A DNA stretch of 41,207 nucleotides from Pyrinomonadaceae bacterium (lineage in GTDB: Bacteria; Acidobacteriota; Blastocatellia; Pyrinomonadales; Pyrinomonadaceae), in the NCBI GenBank assembly GCA_964228775.1, contig CAXRBW010000148.1:1-41207 (forward strand), written 5' to 3'. Shown here one piece after another: positions 26,901-33,873 of the stretch. The translations under genes were made by a program, and so were the position numbers. Numbering within the stretch: position 1 is the stretch's first letter; each line of letters starts with the position of its first letter. A model generated the notes under the pieces. That model was not told the origin of the DNA and did not search any database. It was given only the letters and a program-made list of their open reading frames with translations.

Positions 26901-27036
26901 GTTAGGCATTGAATCAGTTCCCGATACTTGGCTGCAACGCTTGGAGTTGAAGGATGTTATTCATACCGTTTCGCGCGATCTGTATTCCTCGTTCATCGAA
27001 GAAACTGGATGGGAAGATAGATATCCGGGACATTAA
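23959..27036 (+). CDS. Multidomain protein: N-terminal sirtuin (SIR2/CobB-like, Zn-ribbon), about 400 aa unassigned central region, C-terminal ADP-ribosylglycohydrolase (ARH/DraG-fold) domain
   Basis: A single uninterrupted 1025-codon ORF. Sirtuin motifs: GAGVSAESGVPTF (aa 26-38), QNIDGLH (108-114), ELHGS (H126), CxxC x2 (C134/137/155/158), GTSALVYPAA and IEINPE. ARH motifs: LLGGAVGDALGAGVEF (aa 661-676), VTDETQL (704-710), RAPGSTCLSEL, ITHGHPS, GWVAEETLAIALY and NHSGNSNGVGALTGNILG (962-979). Confidence 0.85.
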   Translation: MKRQSETFKSTAAILRNAERVFVLTGAGVSAESGVPTFKGGGQSQTWQGRSFSSLSSVTLIEEDLPLVWEWFDYRLNLISQCNPNAAHEVLAKASKYSRYKSFSLVTQNIDGLHESAGSEGVVELHGSIWRARCLGCGAIEPISEIPKEDRPPVCGGCGDSMRPDVVLFGETLSSASYGLAHAYAAACDVCLVIGTSALVYPAAALPQAARRNGAKIIEINPEETAVSKYADISIRRAVAEVLPQLFSFIEEGEVDSEALEEPPEIKEAIKAYLEEKGGEELTEEEFDLSPILDDRFRENRKRLVSFAFEGGGAELYRFTTDRGDTFLFVSGGSVDTNNETNEEWLWWGPVVVDSVKDGITRIAGEDLIFHIARAFVHPDCIDDVTEYVQKVFSDLSEASLRKLALFKKPTTVEEWLSKANHDEALFNSTEEEALEQTVGESQEELHQSMQSDVAAEQKPSERAIYSNRANRHFLLFWRSTTLIAHERSKSLLDLISSNQISEVNNGDTLWVVTVIDGELVLCGRMVVGEVLDRHGASERFGDKDLWKSDWFAVAKESTPCERLRRIHLGESAFDLRFNDEFEDRFVAADGRISRSQTRQMRELTDGTVELLEEVWKEGDLTEVSDEEIEILVRNLDSSSPPMVDSAETNGKLFGKFEGCLLGGAVGDALGAGVEFSSFENILELYGEDGVTDYVPCFGSLGAVTDETQLSLFTAEGLLRAEVRRKEKGICYPAAIVYNSYLRWLRTQGVELEGDELREQVYESPSWLGDISAMNSKRAPGSTCLSELASGVMGTTAEPLNSSKESGGLMRTAVVGLITNEPFELAAEIAAITHGHPSAFLSAAVVAEIIRKLLSGNSLIDSIEHTLYEELPNHEGYEEILSVCHRALSLAKMQTRDIGTGTNDVSTLELELRELKDLEIPSHRSVEWIGKGWVAEETLAIALYCSVVYSNDFRNGLELSINHSGNSNGVGALTGNILGTWLGIESVPDTWLQRLELKDVIHTVSRDLYSSFIEETGWEDRYPGH
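23992..24708 (+). other. SIR2 (sirtuin) domain of the 1025-aa protein, about aa 12-250
   Basis: Collinear with E. coli CobB / class III sirtuins (from memory). It includes the Rossmann NAD-binding motifs, the catalytic His and a four-Cys zinc module. Confidence 0.85.
24709..25920 (+). other. Unassigned central region of the 1025-aa protein: two acidic linkers and two apparently globular modules
   Basis: The acidic, low-complexity stretches are aa 251-295 and aa 425-462. The modules are about aa 296-420 and about aa 470-620. The second has a beta-strand pattern faintly reminiscent of PUA-like barrels: FLLFW...GDTLWVVTVIDGELVLCGRMVVGEV. Confidence 0.5.
25921..27018 (+). other. ADP-ribosylglycohydrolase-fold domain of the 1025-aa protein, about aa 655-1020
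   Basis: See the motifs listed for the CDS. The second metal-binding motif reads GNSNG (nt 26851-26865) where I expect G-D-S/T-D-S/T. Confidence 0.8.
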
Positions 27037-27073
27037 ACTGGACCAAACGGAGTATTAACACACGGTTCTGAAA

Positions 27074-27484
27074 ATGAGGAGTGACAAAATGTGGCGTGTT
27101 GTATGGTTTCCTTGTCAAAAAGAAGTCAGAGACGCCTATGGAGTTCCTGATTACACAGGTCCAATTCCGTACTTTCTCAGTGGAGAAACATTGGAGTTAT
27201 TTGAACAAGAAAAGAAGATTTTTCTTACTCAGGACATGTTGATTTACGGTATTTTAGCCATATTTGAAGACGCTTTAACCGGAACACCGGACAAATTTCC
27301 AGAGGTTGATCCTGTGAGTTTGGCTAGAATTGCTTTCAAATACACACACGGTTTTGAATACTCAAGCATTGCAGATCTTGCTTTGATTACTTCAGGGGCT
27401 GCATTAAAGAATTTTGGGACAGAACTCAGTGGTCGGATTCTCAGATCTGGTCTACACCTCACTAAAATCCCATATTTTGAGTAG
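27074..27484 (+). CDS. Hypothetical 136-aa soluble protein (no family recognised)
   Basis: The ATG lies 37 nt after the stop of the SIR2-ARH gene, on the same strand. No TM segment or signal peptide is present. The antisense ORF 27244-27555 is less plausible. Confidence 0.5.
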   Translation: MRSDKMWRVVWFPCQKEVRDAYGVPDYTGPIPYFLSGETLELFEQEKKIFLTQDMLIYGILAIFEDALTGTPDKFPEVDPVSLARIAFKYTHGFEYSSIADLALITSGAALKNFGTELSGRILRSGLHLTKIPYFE

Positions 27485-27589
27485 GAGTTTGAAATACCAT
27501 TTGGCGATTCGGAATCAAGGCCGAAGTATATTAATAATAAATACTCGCAGATCAATCTGAAGTGGGAGCAGATTGAGACGCTCTTTTAA

Positions 27590-28141
27590 ATGAAATCCTC
27601 ATCAAATAACGGCGAGGGGGCTTTTGCCCTTCTGCTTAGCACTCTTTCCTCTGACAACGAGACTGCTCACGCTCTTTACGAAGAGTTAAGAAGGAGTCTT
27701 ATTCGCTACTTTTCATTTCGCGGTTTGCATGACTCTGATCTCGTCGCAGACGAAGTGATTGATCGCGTGGTTGTAAAATTCAGTGATGGTGCCGTCATTG
27801 ATAATGTGCAGCGATACAGTTTTGGGGTCGCGCGGTTAATCTTGCTGGAGAAATTCCGAAAGCAAAGACTTGAGCGGGAAGGACTTGTAGAGCTGGGTAA
27901 AACTAATGGTTCTAATGTTGATTCCGATGAATTGCTCGAATCATTACGTCAATGCATGACTGAACTCACTGAAAATGAACAGGCACTTCTTATGAACTAT
28001 TACAGTTCCAGGTCAAAGGATTTAGAAAAGAGGGAGCAATTAGCGAGAGAGCATGGAACTACGATAAACGGGCTCCGACTGAAGGTTTTTCGGCTTAAAA
28101 AGCGACTTGAGGGATGCGTCAATAAAAAGCGTATTAATTAA
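27590..28141 (+). CDS. ECF-type (sigma-70 family, group 4-like) RNA polymerase sigma factor
   Basis: The region 2-like segment is DSDLVADEVIDRVVVKF. The region 4 HTH is LTENEQALLMNYYSSR...REQLAREHGTTINGLRLKVFRLKKRLEGCV. Size is 183 aa. Confidence 0.7.
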   Translation: MKSSSNNGEGAFALLLSTLSSDNETAHALYEELRRSLIRYFSFRGLHDSDLVADEVIDRVVVKFSDGAVIDNVQRYSFGVARLILLEKFRKQRLEREGLVELGKTNGSNVDSDELLESLRQCMTELTENEQALLMNYYSSRSKDLEKREQLAREHGTTINGLRLKVFRLKKRLEGCVNKKRIN

Positions 28142-28192
28142 TGAAATTTTCCACATTTTTTAACATAAGAAGATAGACGGAAATGGTTTGTT

Positions 28193-29017
28193 GTGGAATA
28201 TAACGAAATCAGACAATACCTGCTCAGCCCAATCCCGGAAGAAGATAATGTTGGGATGTTAATAGCAGTTGATGACAGCGCATTCGCGTTGGCGGAGCAG
28301 GTTGAGAATGATCTTATTGATGACTACCTACTAGATAACCTTTCCGATACAGATAGATATGCTTTTGAGACTAATTACCTCACAAACGAAAAAGCCATTC
28401 ACAAACTCCAACTTGCTCGGGCCATAGCAACACTGTCGGTTGAGTTACTTGATGAAAAAAATGATGAAAAAGGTGTGACATCAAAGACTCGTTTACTCGT
28501 TCTTGGTGTTGCTGCTGGCTTAGTGGTAATCGTCGTCTCTGGGTTCTCCTTATTCCAAATAGATTGGCGTCAGTATCGAGAATCTTCAGTCATGCCTGAA
28601 CCGTCAAAAGAGCAAATCAAAGATGAACCCAAGTTGGATAGAGAGATCAAAAGCAGTGAATCTTTCAATTTGGAAGATGAGATACCGAAGGCACTTGGGA
28701 CAACAGTGATACTGAGGCCGGGCAACCTGAGGGGCCGAGGGTATGAAAATAAAATCTCCTCCAAGAAGGCGGTCGGGCCTATTGAACTTCAATTACAATT
28801 GGCGATTCGAAGAGGTTTCAAAAGATTTCAATTAAAATTTGAAACGCCTGAGGGGGAAAAGGTGGCAATTAAAAATCGTTTCGTGAATCGGACAGTAAAA
28901 GATGTTACGTTTGTAATTCCTTCAGGGCTTGATAGAGGAACCTATTTATTATTTCTTTTTGGAAGCAATGACTCTAATGAGACGCAGATTGGTGAGTACT
29001 CATTGGTGGTTAAATGA
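28193..29017 (+). CDS. Anti-sigma-factor-like single-pass membrane protein with an extracytoplasmic beta-rich domain
   Basis: GTG start 51 nt after the sigma gene. The N-terminus is IRQYLLSPIPEEDN...ENDLIDDYLLDNLSDTDRYAFETNYL. The TM helix is LLVLGVAAGLVVIVVSGFSLF (about aa 101-121). The C-terminal domain is about 150 aa. Confidence 0.6.
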   Translation: MEYNEIRQYLLSPIPEEDNVGMLIAVDDSAFALAEQVENDLIDDYLLDNLSDTDRYAFETNYLTNEKAIHKLQLARAIATLSVELLDEKNDEKGVTSKTRLLVLGVAAGLVVIVVSGFSLFQIDWRQYRESSVMPEPSKEQIKDEPKLDREIKSSESFNLEDEIPKALGTTVILRPGNLRGRGYENKISSKKAVGPIELQLQLAIRRGFKRFQLKFETPEGEKVAIKNRFVNRTVKDVTFVIPSGLDRGTYLLFLFGSNDSNETQIGEYSLVVK

Positions 29018-32000
29018 TTCGCTTCTTATATTTTCGGTATTTCCTTTCTGAAACTTTGAATTCCAAGCGCCTTGTATGACGAAAGAGGCCCAATATCGAG
29101 GCGACCTCCATCTTTCACTTTTAAGAAACTGATTCTGAGCATATCGCAGAGCTGCGGGCGGATCGAGGCCTATTTCAAAAAGACCCACATAGAAATGCTC
29201 CATGAAATAAGCTGTTGCGGCGTCGTCCACCTTCCATAAGGTGGACAAAACACTCTTTGCGCCCGAGTTCATAAATCCTCGTGTTATTCCTATCGTGCCT
29301 TTTCCAAGCTTGTCATCGTCACCAATTGTCTGGCAGCCACTAAGAATGACGAGATCTGATTCAATCTTGAGGTCATAAAGATCAATACTCCGAAGCAGTC
29401 CGTCGATAGCGGTCCCGTTGCTGTCGTAAAGACTTAGGATTAATCCGGAAAGTTCAGGATGACTGTCATTTATAAATCCGTGCGTTGCGAAGTGAAGAAT
29501 TCGGAAATGTTTGAGATTTTCTGAGAGTATCCGAGATCGAGTTGCTCTGAATGCCGTGAATAACTCCACATGTTCATTCACAATGCTAGCAATCTTTCGA
29601 GCTTCGAGCTGACTAAAGGGTAGGCGTTGTAGTGAGTTGAAGTGGAACTCTGACAAGGCGGCGGCAGTTTTAGTCGGTAGGTTTTGTTGTTTTCTATCAG
29701 GGTCTTTAAATCGGGTGTCTTCTCTGTTGTAAATTGGATCTGAAAACACTCCAACAGTGTTTTGAGATCCAGAAACTGCTGTAGACTTCCTATTCTCAAG
29801 AAGAATTAAAGTTGCGGCAGAAGGAGTTAGTACAGTGTCAAAAACTTGAGATATGAATTTTTCCTTTCCGCTCCCTCGATCGATTGGAATAGCAAGTGAT
29901 GCAAATGGGGTTGATAGAAGTAAATCGTCGGGAATGATTAAGACTCTCTTATATCCCTTCAACCATAAAAATAGCGGAGCAATCAGGGCTTTCGAAACCT
30001 TTTTGTTTGCATTATTAAAAGTGGTAGGGGTGGAGGTAGAGGAACTTATTTGACGATTTAGGGATAAGACCGCTTCGGTTATAACAGCCTCTGACTCCAA
30101 TGTAACAAAGTGTCTCTCGTTTTTACTGACGACGATTGCGTAGCTCGCTTCAGTACCTAAAAGATATTGGACCGCCACCGTATCTGAGTCGATGTATTTT
30201 TGAAACTCTTTCAATGAGGGTGAGTATTGCGTTATCAACAATTTGTCAGAGGATGCCTTATTGGAGATGACCTCTTTTAAATTGTCATAGCGACTAAGAA
30301 GCTCAGATATCTTGAAACTGTTGCGGTCCTTTAAGGAGGGAGTGTGACGGCTTTCAATTTCCAGTTGTGCGATATCACTGAGGAGTTTATCTCGGTCCGT
30401 CCTTAGGTTCAGATCGACACTCCTTTCAAGATTTAGGCCTATATCAGAAATGATTTCTACCAGTTCGACAGCTTTTATCCTTTCCATCACCTCGAACGCT
30501 TGATCGATATAGTCGCCATTACCGGTTGTATTGAAGAGTGAGTAAAGAATGTCTATTTTCTTTTTCGAGAATTCCCGTATGGTTCCAACCGAGAATCCGG
30601 TCCGGACCGATTGCGAATACATCGTGTCCCGCATTGAATTTGTGTATGAAAGAGCTATGTCAATATTTTCGAGAGCGGCTTTGAAGTTGGAGGACTTAAA
30701 TTCCAGTAGTGCAAGATTCTTATAAATGCCTGCTTCAGCAAAGATATCTTTGTATTGGATAGCTAAACTTAGGGCTTTATTGAGTGATTCTTTAGCTAAA
30801 TCAAATCTTCCGATTTGAGTATAAAGCTCCCCTAAAAATCCGTGGATTGCCAGAGTTTCCCTGGGAGAATTGTTTTCAAAATAGTGGAGTGATTTTTTTA
30901 GCAGATCCTCTGCGGCTTTGTATTCACCAACCTTGATTAGAATCTCGGCAACGGCGAATTGATATCTTGCAAGTTGCCTCGATCTACCAAGTCTTTCAAT
31001 TAATTCTAAAGTCCGAAAGGCCAGTATGCGGTAGCTTTTAAAATCTCTCTTTTGTATGAAACGTTGCTCTGCACTTGTGTAGAGAGCGTTAAGGCTGTAT
31101 GCCGGGTGAATCTTTTCTGAATTGGCGAGGTAGGTCTCGTATGCAGCCCTCGAGAAATAATTTAGCTTATTTGGGTCGGTGACGTAGGTATATACCGATA
31201 CTGCGAAGAGTTGGAGCCACTGATATCCCTCGATGTCGGCTTTTTTTGATACTTCGAGTTCCCTATTCAATATTTCAACCGCATCCATAGGGTTACCAAG
31301 ATCGTAAAGGATGCGCGCTTTTATGCTGATTGCCCTCGTTTCCATCTGACGGTCATCAGTGTCCCGTGAGATTTGGATTGAATCTGAAATTAACCTTTCG
31401 ACTTCGGGGGTTTTTCCCTTTAAATAAAAAATCGGAAGAATTGTCTTTATCTGTGAGATTGCAATTCCGGCCTGGTCCCCAAGGTATTTATAGTTTTCGG
31501 TGGAACGTTTCAGATATTGCACTGCGGATTGAAGATCTTCCATCTCGTCATAAAGAAACTGACCCAACCGAAGCGCTGTCATCGCTACCCCCCGATGATT
31601 TCCAACACTGTCGAACAATTCTAAGGCGGCAAGAAAGTTAGACTTTGCTTCGGCACGGACGCTTCGTGAAGTTGATGTCTTGTAAAGCTCGAGAGATTGG
31701 TACTCAGCATCTGATAGCTTTTTAAAAGCTTTTACAGCAACACTTATTTTGCTGTCTGCCACATCAACTTCATTTCTCTCTACTTCAATCTCCCCCTTCA
31801 TATTCCCAGGGCGGTCAGGTGTAAGTTCAATTACATATTGGCCTGCGCGACCTGCCTGAAACACAATCGGTAGTGTCCCATTCCAAAGGGTGGGTGATGC
31901 GATTGATATGACTTTCTGTTTTAAGGGGTCTCTGACTGAGGCGTGAAGTGAGACTCCTCGATGGGCAATGGTTAAATCCACCACTTCTCCAGCTTTTAAG

Positions 32001-32167
32001 AGGAGTGGAAACTCCACAATTTTCCTACTGTTTAGGATTGCGGTGAATTTATTCGAGGTGCTGTGGGGCGTTGAAAGGACTTGCGTTGCTGGAATAAGAG
32101 TTAAGGCGAAGAAAAATACAACTCTAAATGATTTCAGGCCGAACCTATTGAACAGCATGCCCGCCAT
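29000..32167 (-). CDS. Exported TPR-repeat CHAT-domain protein (caspase-like protease family)
   Basis: The signal-peptide-like N-terminus is MLFNRFGLKSFRVVFFFALTLIPATQVLS. It is followed by a beta-sandwich-like segment, multiple TPR-like helical repeats (about aa 160-520) and a C-terminal CHAT domain. The domain carries the His (HFATHG, codon 29481-29483) and Cys (LVILSGCQT, codon 29333-29335) dyad. Its 3' end overlaps the convergent anti-sigma gene by 18 nt. Confidence 0.85.
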   Translation of the reverse strand: MAGMLFNRFGLKSFRVVFFFALTLIPATQVLSTPHSTSNKFTAILNSRKIVEFPLLLKAGEVVDLTIAHRGVSLHASVRDPLKQKVISIASPTLWNGTLPIVFQAGRAGQYVIELTPDRPGNMKGEIEVERNEVDVADSKISVAVKAFKKLSDAEYQSLELYKTSTSRSVRAEAKSNFLAALELFDSVGNHRGVAMTALRLGQFLYDEMEDLQSAVQYLKRSTENYKYLGDQAGIAISQIKTILPIFYLKGKTPEVERLISDSIQISRDTDDRQMETRAISIKARILYDLGNPMDAVEILNRELEVSKKADIEGYQWLQLFAVSVYTYVTDPNKLNYFSRAAYETYLANSEKIHPAYSLNALYTSAEQRFIQKRDFKSYRILAFRTLELIERLGRSRQLARYQFAVAEILIKVGEYKAAEDLLKKSLHYFENNSPRETLAIHGFLGELYTQIGRFDLAKESLNKALSLAIQYKDIFAEAGIYKNLALLEFKSSNFKAALENIDIALSYTNSMRDTMYSQSVRTGFSVGTIREFSKKKIDILYSLFNTTGNGDYIDQAFEVMERIKAVELVEIISDIGLNLERSVDLNLRTDRDKLLSDIAQLEIESRHTPSLKDRNSFKISELLSRYDNLKEVISNKASSDKLLITQYSPSLKEFQKYIDSDTVAVQYLLGTEASYAIVVSKNERHFVTLESEAVITEAVLSLNRQISSSTSTPTTFNNANKKVSKALIAPLFLWLKGYKRVLIIPDDLLLSTPFASLAIPIDRGSGKEKFISQVFDTVLTPSAATLILLENRKSTAVSGSQNTVGVFSDPIYNREDTRFKDPDRKQQNLPTKTAAALSEFHFNSLQRLPFSQLEARKIASIVNEHVELFTAFRATRSRILSENLKHFRILHFATHGFINDSHPELSGLILSLYDSNGTAIDGLLRSIDLYDLKIESDLVILSGCQTIGDDDKLGKGTIGITRGFMNSGAKSVLSTLWKVDDAATAYFMEHFYVGLFEIGLDPPAALRYAQNQFLKSERWRSPRYWASFVIQGAWNSKFQKGNTENIRSESFNHQ

Positions 32168-32251
32168 TCTATTTGTAAGATTGAGTTATATGCAATTGGC
32201 GAGTGCATTGAAAACCCTCCATAGCAATAAGATGACGAGTGATTAGACTAT

Positions 32252-33712
32252 TTAAGAAGAGCAACTGACGACGATTCTTGGCGAACCTGTGGGGGCGGGT
32301 TTGGAATATTCCTCAAATTCGGGCTGATCAGAATATGGAATTTCGAGAATCTGGGAGAGTTTTCGAACTTCGGAATAATCTCCCTCCTGTGCCTTCTCAA
32401 TGGCTTTTTGGGCCAAGTGATTCCTCAAAATGAATTTCGGATTCACCCGCCGCATATTTTTTGGACGGTCAGTAGGAGCTTGATTAGACAGTCGGGCTCG
32501 GTAACGTGAGGCCCAAAAATCAAAGGCGTCGGGATCTACTAGCATTCCCTTTAATTGCCAATTATGAGGGTCTGTTACGGAATCGAAGTCACAAAGCCTT
32601 CGGAAGAAAATGGTGTAATCAGCGCCGCTTTGCTGAAGCTGGAGCAGAATCTCGGAAATCAACTCACTATCATCAGCTTGCTGATTGGTTAAGCCGAGTT
32701 TATTACCCATGATTGAGAAATATTCAGTCACAAATTTCTCTTCATAACCGTCGAGTATGGCAATCGCCTCTTCTCGTGAGATTAGAGACAAAAGGCTCTG
32801 GGCGAAGCACGATAAATTCCAAAGACCAATGTTCGGTTGCTGGTGGAAGGCATATCTGCCCGAATGATCCGAATGGTTGCAGATAAGTGAGGGTTCAAAT
32901 TCTTCTAAAAATCCAAACGGACCATAATCTAATGTGAGACCTGTCACAGACATGTTGTCGGTGTTCAGTACTCCGTGTGCAAATCCGACCGCTTGCCAAC
33001 GAGCAATAAGTTTTGCCGTGAGATCTACAACGGTTTCAAGAAAGGTAAGGTACCGGTCTGATCTAGAGAGAAGATTCGGAAAATGTTTTGAAATTACATG
33101 ATCGGCGAGTCGCCTCAGATTTTCGTTTTGATTTCGGGAGGCAAATAATTCAAACGTACCGAATCTTATGTGGGTTGGGGCGACTCGGGTGAGAACTGCG
33201 GCGGCTTCAAGTGTCTCTCTTTGGACAGCGTCATCAGCCTCAATTACACACAAAGCTCTTGTTGTTGGTATTCCAAGATGGTGCATGGCCTCACTGCACA
33301 GAAACTCCCTTATGCAGGAACGCAGAACAGCGCGCCCATCCCCCATACGCGAGAATGGAGTTTGACCTGAACCTTTCAGTTGTATTTCAACTGTGGATTT
33401 AGAGGGTGTTTCTAGCTCCCCGAGAAGAATCGCCCTTCCATCGCCCAACTGCGGAACCCACACACCAAACTGGTGTCCCGCATAAATTGTGGCTATAGGC
33501 TCAGAGTTTTTAAATATTCGGTTTCCAGAAAAATATTCCGTGAATTCGGTCCGTTTGAATTCTAAAGGATCAAGACCAATCAAAACCGATGTATCGCTGC
33601 TTCCAACTACTAAACGCGGATTGATAATGGGTGTTGGGGGAATTTTTTCAAAGAAATCCTTACCCAGAGAATCGTAGTTGTTGGTAAAAGAAAGTTGTTC
33701 GAGTGTTTTCAC
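32252..33712 (-). CDS. selO: Protein adenylyltransferase SelO (YdiU/UPF0061 pseudokinase-fold AMPylase)
   Basis: Motifs seen: YAGHQFGVWVPQLGDGRAILLGE, LKGSGQTPFSRMGDGRAVLRSCIREFLCSEAMHHLGIPTTRAL, and HGVLNTDNMSVTGLTLDYGPFGF. The C-terminus is ...VSCSS. Confidence 0.92.
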   Translation of the reverse strand: MKTLEQLSFTNNYDSLGKDFFEKIPPTPIINPRLVVGSSDTSVLIGLDPLEFKRTEFTEYFSGNRIFKNSEPIATIYAGHQFGVWVPQLGDGRAILLGELETPSKSTVEIQLKGSGQTPFSRMGDGRAVLRSCIREFLCSEAMHHLGIPTTRALCVIEADDAVQRETLEAAAVLTRVAPTHIRFGTFELFASRNQNENLRRLADHVISKHFPNLLSRSDRYLTFLETVVDLTAKLIARWQAVGFAHGVLNTDNMSVTGLTLDYGPFGFLEEFEPSLICNHSDHSGRYAFHQQPNIGLWNLSCFAQSLLSLISREEAIAILDGYEEKFVTEYFSIMGNKLGLTNQQADDSELISEILLQLQQSGADYTIFFRRLCDFDSVTDPHNWQLKGMLVDPDAFDFWASRYRARLSNQAPTDRPKNMRRVNPKFILRNHLAQKAIEKAQEGDYSEVRKLSQILEIPYSDQPEFEEYSKPAPTGSPRIVVSCSS

Positions 33713-33873
33713 TTTCTCTGATTGTAACCAAACGTCTCTGCGTGGGGAATCATAAAAATGTAAAAAGGCTACAGTGGATTGAGTGAGAAGGACTGATTTA
33801 TCACTCTTTTGCTACAGCTGCGGCTTACAAGGTAAAATCTCGGCAAACTTCAATAGCTAAAGATCTCTAAAAT

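Noticed and set aside
20377-33873. A direct repeat of the tRNA-Thr 3' end that would delimit an integrated island.
   Set aside because: - I saw no copy of the tRNA 3' segment in the intergenic gaps at 32168-32251 or 33713-33873.
- No integrase gene is present.
- My scan was visual only, so short or degenerate att sites could have been missed.
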